Shown piece by piece: positions 1 through 12,612 of a DNA stretch of 64,000 bases; position 1 is the first letter of the stretch; each line of letters starts with the position of its first letter. The notes below the pieces were generated by a model, which worked only from the letters and a program-made list of their open reading frames with translations, did no database searches and had not been told where the DNA came from. The position numbers and the translations under genes were made by a program. Source of the stretch: Amoebidium appalachense (taxonomy: Eukaryota > Protista > Ichthyosporea); NCBI GenBank assembly GCA_963693365.1, contig CAVNZM010000007.1:8739962-8803961 (forward strand), given 5' to 3'.

Positions 1-1
1 A

Positions 2-577
2 GCAAACGGTAACATCAACATCCCACCCAAATACGAGAGGGTGTATTTCAAAGTCAAGCACGGCAGACGCCCACACAGGGCCATGTGGTCCATCTTCAAG
101 GCTCTCGGCTTCCGGTGCTCTCGCATCCTTTGTCTGTCCTTCATTGGATACGATGTGCTGGAAGTAGCAGTACGGGGCGACTATAACCGTGCGTTCATCC
201 GTGACGCGACAAAGGGGTGTGGAAGCTTCTTCACCCACCTCCCAAGCTACGACCCATGCGCGCCGGAAAACATTCAGAAAGCAGACAAAGAACGTAAAGT
301 GTCTGCTAAGAATGCGTGCGCCACACGTTGTCGTGTACGCATCAGCAAGGCAAAAGAGTTCCTCGCAAAGTTGGAAAACGATGCTACGAGCGTGATAGAC
401 ACGGACACGAAGGAACCAATGTTTTCTGGTGAGAAACTGCTCGAGCGCAAACGCCGATGCGAGATGGAAATCGAGCTCTTCTGCGAACTGTTCGCGCTGG
501 CGGAAGGTCGTGCATACGACCCCGTAAGCGACAAGTGGGAACCAACCCCACAGGTGTCGGACCAAACCGATGCCTAA
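2..577 (+). CDS. LINE ORF1 protein, N-terminally truncated by window edge
   Basis: Frame is open from base 2 (ANGNINIPPKYERVYFKV...RILCLSFIGYDVLEVAV...YDP) with a helical/charged C-terminus. Its stop overlaps the ORF2 ATG (ATGCCTAA, 570-577). Confidence 0.8.
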   Translation, partial: ANGNINIPPKYERVYFKVKHGRRPHRAMWSIFKALGFRCSRILCLSFIGYDVLEVAVRGDYNRAFIRDATKGCGSFFTHLPSYDPCAPENIQKADKERKVSAKNACATRCRVRISKAKEFLAKLENDATSVIDTDTKEPMFSGEKLLERKRRCEMEIELFCELFALAEGRAYDPVSDKWEPTPQVSDQTDA

Positions 578-3500
578 TTTATCCTTCTTCTTCTGGAATG
601 CTCGGACACTGGGCCCCCAAAAGGGCCTCCCCCCCGGGACACTCGACGATAAAATCAGCTACATACAACAACAGACAAACAACCACACGTTTACAGTGAT
701 TTGCGAAACACAGTTTAAAAACCACAACAAATTCAACTCTACATTGGTCGACACATCCACACACCCCGGTTACGCGAAAAACCGCGGCATTATTGTACTT
801 GCCACACCACACGTGAGAGTGAAGTGCAAACCGGTAGCAAAAACGGAATTCTCGGTTTCTATAGAGTTTCTTTCTAATGTTTTTACTTTTGTATATTACC
901 CACCATCTATGTCGGTTGTCGAATTGACTCACGAGTTGTCACAGTTACCAATGTCCACTGTTATTTTAGGTGATTTTAACACGCGACTCCACCACACAGA
1001 CACACTGCAAGTGAGTGTCGGGTACCCATCTAAGCCCCCGGAGCGTGCTATCCCTTTAGCAAGGTATGTCCAAAGTCACACTTTGCGGTTCCCTCAAATA
1101 TCCCATGCCCACAACACCGACTGGGGAGTGGCCTTTTGGCCATCAACCATGTCAAAACTCTCTCTCCCTCCTAACCTCTCTAGGTCATCTGACCACTCTC
1201 CTATCCTTTTCCTACCTAAGATCTCCCTTGATCTGCTCCCCCCTCCTCCTCCCACCTTTCGCCTCCGTCTATCCCAGCTTAAGTCACAGTGGGGTAGAGT
1301 TGATGTATGTGTATGCTATGCTACGAAACACCCTATATATATGCGCCTATTAGAATCTGCACAAGCCAGGCCAGATTCACATCTCGTACTAGATACATGC
1401 ACTAACTTTATTGTTGATGATTTGATAGATCTCGGTGATTATGCTGGCGGTGGTAGGAAGGAATATCCCGATGCTCTCTTGTTACCAAACACCACTCCCG
1501 CTAGACTAGGTGAACCCCTGTCTCAAAAGGAAAGCTTGCGCCGGCTTGCTAGTATGAATCGATTTGGCCCCCCTGCTCGTATTATTGGTGATACCACTGG
1601 AGACCCCCTCATAGACTCTGATAAGTATTTCTCGGAACTGTTTAAAGATAGGACCCCCGCTCAGAAACCTATTGTGTGGCCTGTAGACCCATCTATCCCC
1701 ATAGAATCGATCCTCCCCTTTTTCAGCCCCGATGCCATATGGTCTGTGATATCTAGTTATAGCTCTAGTAAGTCTTGTGGACCTGATGGACTCCCTGCTG
1801 GGTTTCTTAAAATCCTTGTTCCCTCCTACCCACAAAAGGAAAGTGATCGTGCTATTAAACCTGATCTTACTATCATGTTAAGCTCTCTCTTTTCTTGGTG
1901 TGTTAAATGTGGACATGTCCCGTCATCTTGGTTAGATACCTTAGTGATCCCCATAGTTAAGAAGGACTCTGAGGGCCCCATATCATCCTTTCGCCCCATT
2001 ACACTAACCCAGGTTGTTCGTAGATTCTTTGAAGCTTGCTTACTTAGGTTATTTGCACACCACCCTAGGTTTCAATCTATTCTTCACATACACCCATGCC
2101 AATCCGCTTTTCGTAAAAACAATTCATGTTATGTTCAAATAATGGCACTGCACGATTCTATGCAAGTTGGTGCACAATATGTTGGCTTTATTGATTGGAA
2201 AACTGCTTACGATTCTGTCTCCCCTGGTCTCCTATGGGAAAAGCTTGCTGCACGGGGTGTACCACACTGCATTGGTGTTCTGTTAGAAGCACTCTTGTCT
2301 CAAACCTATGGTAGAGCTGTGGTTAATGGGCATCTTTCATATGGTTTTGCTCGTACTAGAGGTCTCTTGCAGGGTTCATTGCTTAGCCCCTTTTTGTTTA
2401 ACCTATTTATAGATGATTTGGCTGTCAAGATTTACGCCGAAAACGATGACCCTATTAATAACTTTCCGCCTGCACTTCTCTATGCTGATGATCTGTCCCT
2501 CCTTGCCCGTACCCCTAGACGCCTGCAAAGATTGTTCGATGTAGTGTCAGAGTGGTGCAAGGCAAACCTTATGATCCTTAACATAGACAAATGTGGTGTT
2601 CTTGTACCTGATATAGCTAACAATTTACACACATTTACATTATCATCTAAACCTGTACCTATAGTTCCAGAATACAAATATCTTGGTGTTCCGGTTGATT
2701 CTGTTGGTGTTATGTTTCCCCATATGGTCGAAAAGAGGGTAGAGTTGGCTCGTAAGCGGTTAGCTTTCTTCTCGGCTAATATTTTTAAAGACACACCCCT
2801 CCATCCTTCTATTAGACTTACATTTATTCGCACTTTTGTCTTCCCGGCATGTGAATATGGTTTACCCCTTCTCGCCGCTTGGATCAAGAAAGAGAGAACT
2901 AGAGCGCTTAAACCCTTGGCAAATTTCCTTGAAGCAGAAGTTGCCTCCTTTCTATCTAACAACTGTTGTAAACCTGGGCCTGTAACGCTCTCGATATATG
3001 GTCTGGTCCCAATAGCTGCTAGAGTATCCTATCTCGCGCTGAAATTCAATAAGCACATAAGCCGCTTAAAGAAGTATTTGCCCTCCCACCCTCTCTTCTC
3101 TATCCGACCTGTCCCCTCCTCACCTCCCCCCTCTTTCCTCCCCTCTCTCTCCCCTTCTCCCCTGGGCACAAATACAAATAAACCCCGCAATAGTGTGTGT
3201 GTGACTTTGGACTGCCACTTACTTATTAAACATGTACACAATCACAAGATAATCACGCAATATAACAAATGGAAAAAGATACCACACGACACTAGACCCG
3301 ATGAAAGCATACACCTTGAAAAACTAAGCCTTATGTCTCGTTTTATATATACTGACCGCCTCAACCATATTGCCAAATATGGCACTCGCAAGTGTATAAC
3401 ACCTAAATACATATTACCTTCCTGTAGAACTGGTCTTTCTCTAGCTGATGGTATTATTGATCAATTACCACGCTTTTACTGTACACGTGCTATACAGTGG

Positions 3501-3764
3501 AGATCTAATAAGTATAAGGTGGCATCATTTGCATGCCCAAACAACACACACACACACCAGTTTAACCGGTCATGTATCGCCAAATGTAGTTTGATAGACC
3601 ACATAATACCGCAACACACACACGTCACATTCACAACAGACACCCAGAAAGATAGCCTACCTGTAAATTACAACATCCTTGATTTTATACTAAACACGCG
3701 TAACTACGACCTGTTTATTAGATGTATTGATTGGCTTGAGAAACACATCACTACAAAATTATAG
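570..3764 (+). CDS. LINE ORF2: apurinic-like endonuclease plus reverse transcriptase
   Basis: APE motifs FWNART, ICETQ, ILGDFN, SDHSPI. RT motifs KSCGPDG, FRPITL, QSAFR, FIDWKTAYDSV, GLLQGSLLSPFLFNLFIDDL, LYADD, YKYLGV. Cys/His-containing C-terminus. No stops over 1064 aa. Confidence 0.97.
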   Translation: MPNLSFFFWNARTLGPQKGLPPGTLDDKISYIQQQTNNHTFTVICETQFKNHNKFNSTLVDTSTHPGYAKNRGIIVLATPHVRVKCKPVAKTEFSVSIEFLSNVFTFVYYPPSMSVVELTHELSQLPMSTVILGDFNTRLHHTDTLQVSVGYPSKPPERAIPLARYVQSHTLRFPQISHAHNTDWGVAFWPSTMSKLSLPPNLSRSSDHSPILFLPKISLDLLPPPPPTFRLRLSQLKSQWGRVDVCVCYATKHPIYMRLLESAQARPDSHLVLDTCTNFIVDDLIDLGDYAGGGRKEYPDALLLPNTTPARLGEPLSQKESLRRLASMNRFGPPARIIGDTTGDPLIDSDKYFSELFKDRTPAQKPIVWPVDPSIPIESILPFFSPDAIWSVISSYSSSKSCGPDGLPAGFLKILVPSYPQKESDRAIKPDLTIMLSSLFSWCVKCGHVPSSWLDTLVIPIVKKDSEGPISSFRPITLTQVVRRFFEACLLRLFAHHPRFQSILHIHPCQSAFRKNNSCYVQIMALHDSMQVGAQYVGFIDWKTAYDSVSPGLLWEKLAARGVPHCIGVLLEALLSQTYGRAVVNGHLSYGFARTRGLLQGSLLSPFLFNLFIDDLAVKIYAENDDPINNFPPALLYADDLSLLARTPRRLQRLFDVVSEWCKANLMILNIDKCGVLVPDIANNLHTFTLSSKPVPIVPEYKYLGVPVDSVGVMFPHMVEKRVELARKRLAFFSANIFKDTPLHPSIRLTFIRTFVFPACEYGLPLLAAWIKKERTRALKPLANFLEAEVASFLSNNCCKPGPVTLSIYGLVPIAARVSYLALKFNKHISRLKKYLPSHPLFSIRPVPSSPPPSFLPSLSPSPLGTNTNKPRNSVCVTLDCHLLIKHVHNHKIITQYNKWKKIPHDTRPDESIHLEKLSLMSRFIYTDRLNHIAKYGTRKCITPKYILPSCRTGLSLADGIIDQLPRFYCTRAIQWRSNKYKVASFACPNNTHTHQFNRSCIAKCSLIDHIIPQHTHVTFTTDTQKDSLPVNYNILDFILNTRNYDLFIRCIDWLEKHITTKL

Positions 3765-3779
3765 CGCACACACACACAC

Positions 3780-3840
<61 letters not shown>

Positions 3841-3901
3841 CCAGCTGATACCGAGTGTCCCGAGGGAAGCCCCTTTAAAAAAATTAAAATTAAAATTAAA
3901 A

Positions 3902-3954
<53 letters not shown>

Positions 3955-4039
3955 GGGGAACCCCAACTAATTGATTTCTCCTTGTAGTCTTTATGGTGTC
4001 TCGTAGAGAAAGTAAACCCTGATATATAGTCACCACCCG

Positions 4040-4142
4040 ACATCTATGTACGTGATCATGATATACCGCTGAGGGGATATTCCGAGCAAAACCCCCCCCA
4101 TACCTGAGACTGGTTCTCTTTGCCTCGAGTAAACAGCGTAAA
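4040..4142. repeat. ~100-bp dispersed repeat, copy A (copy B at 39184-39285)
   Basis: CTATGTACGTGATCATGATATACCGCTGAGGGGATATTCCGAGCAAAACCCC...CTCGAGTAAACAGCGTAAA is nearly identical at both sites. Confidence 0.95.
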
Positions 4143-5120
4143 CCCCGATTCACTTTCACTTCGATCTCTTAGCTGTCACGTCAACTTTTTTTTCCCGATT
4201 CTTCACCATGGCAGGTATATAAAGGCTTTCGTTTCTTGTTTATGTGGTGGGAGGGAGTCGCACTCAGGGGATCGTGACTGCAGCGTGTGTGTGGTGTGGC
4301 CTGGTGTATTCCTACTGCGGTGAGAGTGTGGGGGCATCTCCCTTTCGCGGAGTTTCTCGCTTGAGAAGTGGTTTCTTCAACGCCTGGTGGTCCACTGCAA
4401 CCTGGTAACTTCTACACGCTGTCTACGCTTCTACGCGACCTATTGGCGGTGGCTTGCTTGCTGTGCCTTGCTAGGTTTTGAGGGGGGCCTGTTGGGAAGC
4501 AGCAGTAATGATGTCTTCTTGCGGAGTGTGGTCTGGTCAACATCGATGCATATGACTAGTTGGAGCAAACTAGTTTCACGCATACACGTACACTTAAGGT
4601 TTTGCCCGCTGGTGTCCTTTGTCACTTGTCGCTTTATTTTTATTTCGTAGCTTTGGCTTTTTCAGTTCTATTGGTGGTTATGCATAGCCTGTGGCTGCAC
4701 GTTGCCTTCATCAACGAATCAATAAACCCGAGTCAAAAGAAAAAGTTTTTTGAGAAATAACTGTTGGCAAAGAAGGCTCGGGGGCGTTAATTTCATGTCA
4801 TATCATGACTTATAATCACATGCATATGCATATGCATGCATTCCGACATGTATCTGCATTTACAGGCGTCCCTTCTCCTTAAGAAATCCCTCCCCCTTCT
4901 CCCCTGGGCCCCACCCCACCCCCTCAGTCCCTGGGACCCCCAGTACGTGTCAACCCTCCCTACATCCGGATACGGATATGTATACTGTAGCCTTGCTAGG
5001 CCTAGGTCCAATCAAAAAATTTGGCCGTCTTGGTTCCCAGTTTAAGCGGGAAAAAGGAGAGTCCTCTCCACGCCCACCCACTCCTCCACACCGTCACTTG
5101 AACCACCACCACCACCACCA

Positions 5121-5171
<51 letters not shown>

Positions 5172-5186
5172 ATGGCACCAACATAC

Positions 5187-5276
5187 AGGCTGAGCAGCTT
5201 CAGCAGCGTGGTGTAGTTGCTGTAAATCGAGAACCGTTTGGACACACCGGCACCCGGATCATACCGGTATACCCCC
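5187..5276 (-). CDS. Isolated probable exon of an unidentified gene
   Basis: Non-repetitive island between microsatellites reading GVYRYDPGAGVSKRFSIYSNYTTLLKLLS and ending in a GTATGT donor. No other exons could be linked to it. Confidence 0.3.
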
Positions 5277-5419
5277 TCGATTCCCCCGGGGCCCCCTCCC
5301 AATTTGGCTAAGACAAGGTACACACACACACAAATGTCGGGTACACAGTCACCTGTGTGCTTATGTTATTTATTTGGCAAGTGGCGGTGGTGGTGGTACG
5401 GTTGAGAGAAGGGGGGGGT

Positions 5420-5459
<40 letters not shown>

Positions 5460-6189
5460 TTGGTTCAATCAGGATTGTAGTGTTTCCAACGCATACATGT
5501 CTTCTGAAGGCATGTATTTGATATTTAATTAAGCCCAGCCCTTCTCAGGCTTTTCCATGCCACAGCCATGGATGATATTTGTCGAGAACACAACTCTCAC
5601 TGTTAAAGGTTTGGTTGGGAGCACATCCCTCTGATTTGCTATTAGTTTTTCTCAAGAAAGCTTTTTCTATTTATTACACAACACTAATGACAAGTTTTGT
5701 CCCAGAATACATTGCTAACACATTCCATACGTATGCAGAGAAAGAGAGAGAACCGTGCAAAGCTTTACGCTTGCAACGCCAACAGTTGCCCATGCAACTT
5801 CAATGTGTTTCTTTCCCAATCTTTATCAGCCAGCCATCTCTATATACATGTCATTTGCTACGCCTGCTAATAAAAAATTAATGATACAAGAAATATGTCA
5901 AAACTAAAATAGGTAACGAGAAAGTAAAGCAACAACTCAGATAATAGAAAGTAAAGCAACAACTCAGATAATCATCCATTCGTGCAACTTTACAACCATA
6001 TGCTTTTGCCCTTTTAGTTTCACATGCATTTCACATGCCCATCAAGTGTGAATACATCCCAAAGCACCCTCCCCACCCACCCTCAAAAACATGCGATGCA
6101 CCAGCAAGGAGAAACAGTAACAGATCAACCTTACCAACCCTCCTCTGCGCATACAGTCCACCACCAAGTTCCACATGCAATCCCATCAC

Positions 6190-6966
6190 TTACTCCAGCT
6201 TAATCTTAGGCTTGGACAGGATCCTGAGGAAGAAATAAGCCGCAATGCGCACAACAATACCGATAGTCAGGCCCATGGCCCAGTTGAACCACTTGCTCTT
6301 GCCGGCCATGCCGAGCATATCCAACACCTGGTCACCAGTCGACAAGCAGCGCCCGGGCTCGCACGTGAACGTGAGACCTGCAGACAAAGACACAGGTGTT
6401 AGCACTGACGTGTGGATATGTGGTTATGCAAAGCAGCAAGGTGATGTGGAAGTATGGTTGCTTGGGCCAGTCCTGAATGGCTATATTGCTCACTCATAGC
6501 AAGACTTGCTAAGTATGTTTTCATAGCACTTGTGCAACTTAAAAATGCGCTTGTGTGCTGCATTGAGGTATTTGTAGTAGTGTGTGTGTTTGTGTGTACA
6601 CATGCACATGACTAGTTGTGGGTGTGTCTCCGTCTATCTGCCACGGGGCAGGGGCAGGGGCAGGGGCCGGGAGGGGGGGGGGGGGGGGGGGGGACGCCGA
6701 GCATCGTGTTACCTTCAAACTCGTTGATAACCAGGGCACGGAATGTGTAAGTGATAAATGAGATGTACTCAATCCACTTGAAGCCCACCCAGATATCGTC
6801 CGAGTTGAGGTAGAAGCCACCGAACAGCATCAGCAACACAATGAGCACTGGGCCCACGGCCTGGCCGACCTGGATGGACGGGGTGGCTGCGGACAGAAGA
6901 AGGCCAATTCCCTAAGTGAGGGAAAAAAGTCAGCACGTGCACAGGGAGGTGATTTTTTTTTTTTTT

Positions 6967-7008
<42 letters not shown>

Positions 7009-7729
7009 GAGTAAGTGGGTGGACGGAGGTGGGGGATGCATTGCATTTGAGTCAAACAGGCTGGGGTTCTTCATCTCCTTGCTCTCTAACAAACCCGAAA
7101 ATGCCCAAATGGGCAAGGGATACAGGCAACACGTGCACACAGTGTGTGTGTATGCATGTGCATGTCATTGCACACATTCAAATTGTGCAGTTTGGAGGGC
7201 CCGAGCACATGTGCATGTGAATAGCCGTGTGTGCGTGTACATGGAGGGGGGGTGGGGGGGGGGGGGGAAGGAGGAAGATAGGTGGTGGTTGGGGGTGGGG
7301 TGGGGGGAGGGGGGGGGGGGGGGGGGGAGAGAACATGCAACGAAACACACCTGGGAGGTGAAGTGGTGTGTGACGAGGGTGAGCAGGAAGAAAAAGAACT
7401 TTGCAGCCGATGCTTGCAGGCCCAGCATCCAGTATGTGATGGTGCCAAAGATGATCGGGAAGAAAAATCTCAACGGGGGTCTCGGCAAAAGACTTGGCCA
7501 GGTAGTAGGCGGACACACGGTAAGCACCGGCGGCACGCTCACGAAGGAAGATGGGTTTCTCATTGTGGAAGAGAAGCATGGCACTGAACATGGGGCCAAA
7601 CGACTGCACGGAGAGAGATGTCAATCTCGTTTGCATACAAATATACATGTATGTGCACATCATAGCACAGGACAATTTATATAATTTTCGTACTATCCCC
7701 CCCCCCCCCCCTCCCCCCCCCCCCCCAAA

Positions 7730-7773
<44 letters not shown>

Positions 7774-9189
7774 GCAAGACTGGAGGAGCATAAATTCACG
7801 CCACACCCACACCCACACAGCCGTTCGAAGTGCACACACATCGGCCCCAAGCCTGATTTGCATTTGCAAAACCTACCCGTAGCCACATTCTAATAGCACA
7901 CAGTCATGGTAACACCCACCCCACACCCACAAACATGCTCTTACCTGGTTCAGCGTGATGAAGAACAGTGCCCCCGTCCTGTTCTGGATCGAGTTCTGAT
8001 CATCCCCAAACTGCCAAAACACGAACCCGGTAATAAATGCAAGGAATAGCGTCTGGAAGAACACAGCCATGGTTGCCTGCTTGTCACGTGTGAAGTTCAA
8101 GAATGCCCTCTTCCACAGAATCACAAACTGCTTGAAAACAGACACGCTCCACTGTTTCTTGACCCCCTTTCCATCTTCCACGCTGCGTGACCCAGTATCC
8201 TGCGCCTCCTTCAGAGCGAGAGTGTTGTAAGTCGACGAACGGAAAGCCTCGATCAGTTTTTCATTTCGTGCCTTGGATGCCTCTTCCAGCTCAGGCTCAC
8301 GGCTGTCGACAGTGGTCACGTCGAGGAAATGGTCTGCTGGGTTGTTGTTCTGCGAGCAGGGGAACCCTGTGGCATGGAAAAGTTAGAAATGTGGTAAGCT
8401 CGCAAAGACTAAAAGAAAAAAAAAAAAAGAGAAAGGTGAGTGCAAGAAATGGATATGACTTTCTATTGTTGGGAACATAAGAACACAAGTTGCTGATGTC
8501 AATTAACATTAACACCCAGTACTTTTAGGCACAAGCAGGGGGGCAAAAAAAAAGGGAAACGGGAAGGGGGGGGGGAGGGAGGTGGTTTGTGTTACACAGG
8601 ACATGCTGCATACAACATCACATGCACATGCAAAAGCACAAACACAAGAACAAGAACTCACCAGCCTCAGCGAAGAAGTCGATAGCCTTATCAGCAGGGC
8701 CATAGAATACGGTGGTTCCCTTTGAAAGCAACAGAAGCTTATCGAATAGCTCGTAGATGTTGAACCTGGGCTGGTGGATGGTGCACACCACAGCACGCCC
8801 ACGGTGGGCTACCTGCTGCACTAGCTTCATCACGTGGTAGGCTGTGAACGAGTCCAGACCGGACGTCTGTTTGGTGTGTGTGTGTATGTGTGTGTGGAGA
8901 GTAGGGGGGCAGCATGGTGTTAGCTTTAAGCCACTTCAGCGCGCTTATAGAAGTAGTCTGCTTGCGCTAACTCTTATTTTTTTTATCCGGATATGACTGC
9001 ATCTGTGTACACACAAGCAGTTCACAGATTAGAGTGATAGGGCAAATTCGAACGGACATGGTTGGGGGTTTACGTATATCTACAATGCGTGGTAGATACG
9101 TGTCCCTGCCTGCGTGCGAGTGTGCTTACGCCTGTGTGCAGGTATGGGTGCAAATAGGCCTGCTTGCGAGTGTGTGTGTCTGTGTGTGT

Positions 9190-9235
<46 letters not shown>

Positions 9236-10217
9236 GAGCTGCACATACCGGCTCGTCCAGGAAAAGAATCTTCGGGTTCGTGATCATTTCCAAGCCAATA
9301 GCGCACCGCTTCCTCTCACCACCAGAGACACCCTTCACCATCGAATTTCCAATTTTAGTGTTGACAGCATATGAAAGACCCAATTCACGAATAACATCCA
9401 TAGCCCGTTCCATCTTCTCTGCGTGCGAGTATGTGTCCGGCAAGCGTAGCAGGGCATTGAATGTAAAAGTCTCCTTCACCGTCAAGTTGGGCATCAGAAC
9501 GTCGTCCTGCTCCACGTAGGCTGTGACACGTCTGAGGGGGAGAACATGTTAGTCGAGCATTCCATCCCAAATCGGCCAATCCTGCACTTCCATACCACGC
9601 CACTTCCAACCTACATAAAGGGTTTCAAAATGCACTCCCATATACTCCTACCCTGTTCGCAGACAAACAGCTTCCCAACGTCAACGAAGAAAAAACAGAA
9701 CTTCCAACAAACTGGACACTTGTGCTAGAAAGGAGTTACAGGACTGAACCAGAAGTGTTCCGGGTTCAAGCACAAGCGGGCTCGAAAGCACAAGGGACAG
9801 GGTCGAAAGGAGACAGAAAACCAACCTGAAGTTGTTGTTGCGCCTCTCGCCATTCAGAAGAACCTCTCCCACAATCTTTCCCTTGCCCAGGTTACGACCT
9901 GACAAGACGTTCAAGAACGTCGTCTTACCAGCACCTGAAGTGCCCATCACAGCCATCATTTCTCCGGGGTGTACTGCACCGTTAACATTCCTCAAAATTT
10001 CCTTGCTGCGCTTCTCCTTCCTGGACACTTTCTCGACCACGTTGAACCCCAGTTCCTTCCAAGAAAGACTAAGTGAACCAGCATTGTTCGTGCGCTGGAA
10101 GCTATTCACTGAGTTCCGTTCTGATGAATTGTTGGTTGTGCCCATTTCGACATCAACAAGTGTGGCATCCTTGCGATCGGCAAGGTTCTCGCCACTAATA
10201 TCCTTTTTGCTCTCCAT
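6190..10217 (-). CDS. ABCG/White-family half ABC transporter (NBD then TMD), 7 coding exons
   Basis: Exons approx. 10217-9826, 9531-9249, 8866-8662, 8366-7945, 7603-7351, 6911-6713, 6377-6190, all GT-AG. Walker A GTSGAGKTT, Q-loop YVEQDD, signature VSGGERKR, Walker B LFLDEPTSGLD, CTIHQP, FLRER, LFGGFY, INEF motifs. Confidence 0.96.
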
Positions 10218-11888
10218 TTTCTACCCACGACCCGTCAGCGTAACACTACTTTCTTATCCCCCCTATACACCTAGGAACGAACACAGACCTCTCAGAATAC
10301 TTATAAACAGTCAGTGGGAATAAAATGGCGAAAGCAAACTGAAATGTGTGAGAACGGCAGTTCGCTTTATGTAGGCGGCATGCAAAGGGCAACGAATGAC
10401 GCGAATGGTGCACTGGACTATTTTTGTTCTCATCGAATCGCCATGATCGGTCTAAGGGACAAGATTTCAAAAATGAAATTCAGAATGAACGAATTCTTCA
10501 GAGATACACTTCGAACACTACAGTTGTTACAGAGTAGGCTGACAACATCTTACAGCACGCAGGGTAAAATTAAAAAAATAAAACTACTAAATGAAAATAT
10601 TTTGATTGTTCCAAAGCTTCACCTGATGTGACCTGACCTGCTGAAGCGGACGGGCCAAAAACAATCGGGCATGACCCATTCGGCGATGTAGTGGATCTCC
10701 AGGCCCCTTTGCTCTAGGGGGAATGAAGGTCACTAATTTCACAATATTGAATACTTCAAATTTTCCTTTCTTGAACAGACACCATACATCAGTGATAAAT
10801 GAATGGTTGTATTTAAATATATACGGTTTATATCCCTGAACTCTGTCACTGAGGATAAAGACACTAAATAGCTGATATTAACCAATTTGATTGATGGTTA
10901 CCAGTTTAACCTGTTTCGCTATTTGATTGGCTAGCTTGTTGACAGCGTGCGATCTCCGTACACCATGCATTTTTGATGATGAAAAAAGCAGCGGAAGATT
11001 AGACTTTTTGTTGAATTCTGTTGGTCGTCACATTGAGTATTTATATGATTTTCACACAGTGTTCAGGTATCTCAGTATGCACTTGTTACTGAAAAACTCG
11101 TGAAAGTTTTATTGTCTTCTCAGTATGCCGTGCATACTTGCATATCTTTCCGTCGAATAAATCCAGTCAAAAGAAAAGATTACCAACAACATTCCCTGGT
11201 TTCAAAATACTATACCCATAACTGCCTATACGTTGATTCCGTCAGTTTTACCACGAAAAACGTTTACGTCTGACAGTATAAATTTCTATTCTATTATTGT
11301 AAGTGAAGGCATCTTTAGGGCGTGCAACTGCAATAACACTGATTGTCTAATATTGGTTTATCTCTAACATTTAGTGTATCTCTTTATTTTTTTCATCAAG
11401 ATCACGTGATAATCTGGCTCATTATGCGAGTGGCTGCAAGTCATGTCCGCATAACACCACCCCCTAGAGCAGTTGCGCAACCATCTCCAGAGACCTCCGA
11501 GGCTCCGACCGTCCTCATGAGCTCAGCTCAGCCTGTCCGAACCTGTCGCGATCGGTGGTCCGAGCAAGCCGAGCTCAAGCTCTTGGTGTGCACAAAACAT
11601 GATTGACACATGAAAAACTTTCAAGACTTGAACGAAAACTCTATAACTCGATTACATTCAACTCGCTGTCAGCGTTGTAATCTTCCATATCTTTCCTGCA
11701 CGTTTTCAAATGCATCAAGAGCCATAGCAAATTTGAGTCCAGCTGTGCACTTCCATATATGCGTGCATACGCTTTTCTTTCTGACACCGATATCATGTGT
11801 GTGCACCATGTATGCATCCTTCAATGGGCTGTATCCCTACTAGCCAGCTGCAGGCAGTTAGTGCACACGGGCCAGACAGCTATGATGG

Positions 11889-12251
<363 letters not shown>

Positions 12252-12269
12252 TCCCTCGAATCTCTCCAG

Positions 12270-12300
<31 letters not shown>

Positions 12301-12612
12301 CTCCCCCCACCACCGCCTATTTATATCTCTCTTGTTCCCTTACATTTCCCCACTCACGGTGACACACACACATACAGACACGGGCACACACCCTCACTCA
12401 CGTACTCACACACACACTAGCAGATCTCGTTCTTTTCCACAGACACGCGCGTACTCACACTGGCACTCTGTGTGTGCGTCTGTGCGTGTCTACCCGCAAG
12501 CCACATAGTATTACATTGTGTGTTGTGTGTTTTGTGACATGTGTGTGTGCTTGTGTGTGTGCTTGTGCGTGTCTTTTTTGCGCCGCCGGTTGCCTCCGCA
12601 GATTATGGCAAC

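Larger units (their letters stand above)
1..3953 (+). mobile_element. Non-LTR retrotransposon (LINE), 5' end outside window, apparently intact ORF2
   Basis: ORF1 (open from window edge to 577) overlaps a 1064-aa ORF2 with APE endonuclease and RT. These are followed by a short 3' UTR with (CA)n, TTAAAA-like units and a pure A run at 3907-3953. Confidence 0.95.

Noticed and set aside
3841-3875. Hammerhead ribozyme in the LINE 3' tip, or at 40240-40280
   Set aside because: CTGATAC and CTGAGGC do not match the CUGANGA core, and the three stems cannot be drawn.
4040-4075. U1 snRNA (minus strand has CATGATCACG, like U1 loop I)
   Set aside because: No ATACTTACCTG 5' end, no convincing stem I and no Sm site in register.
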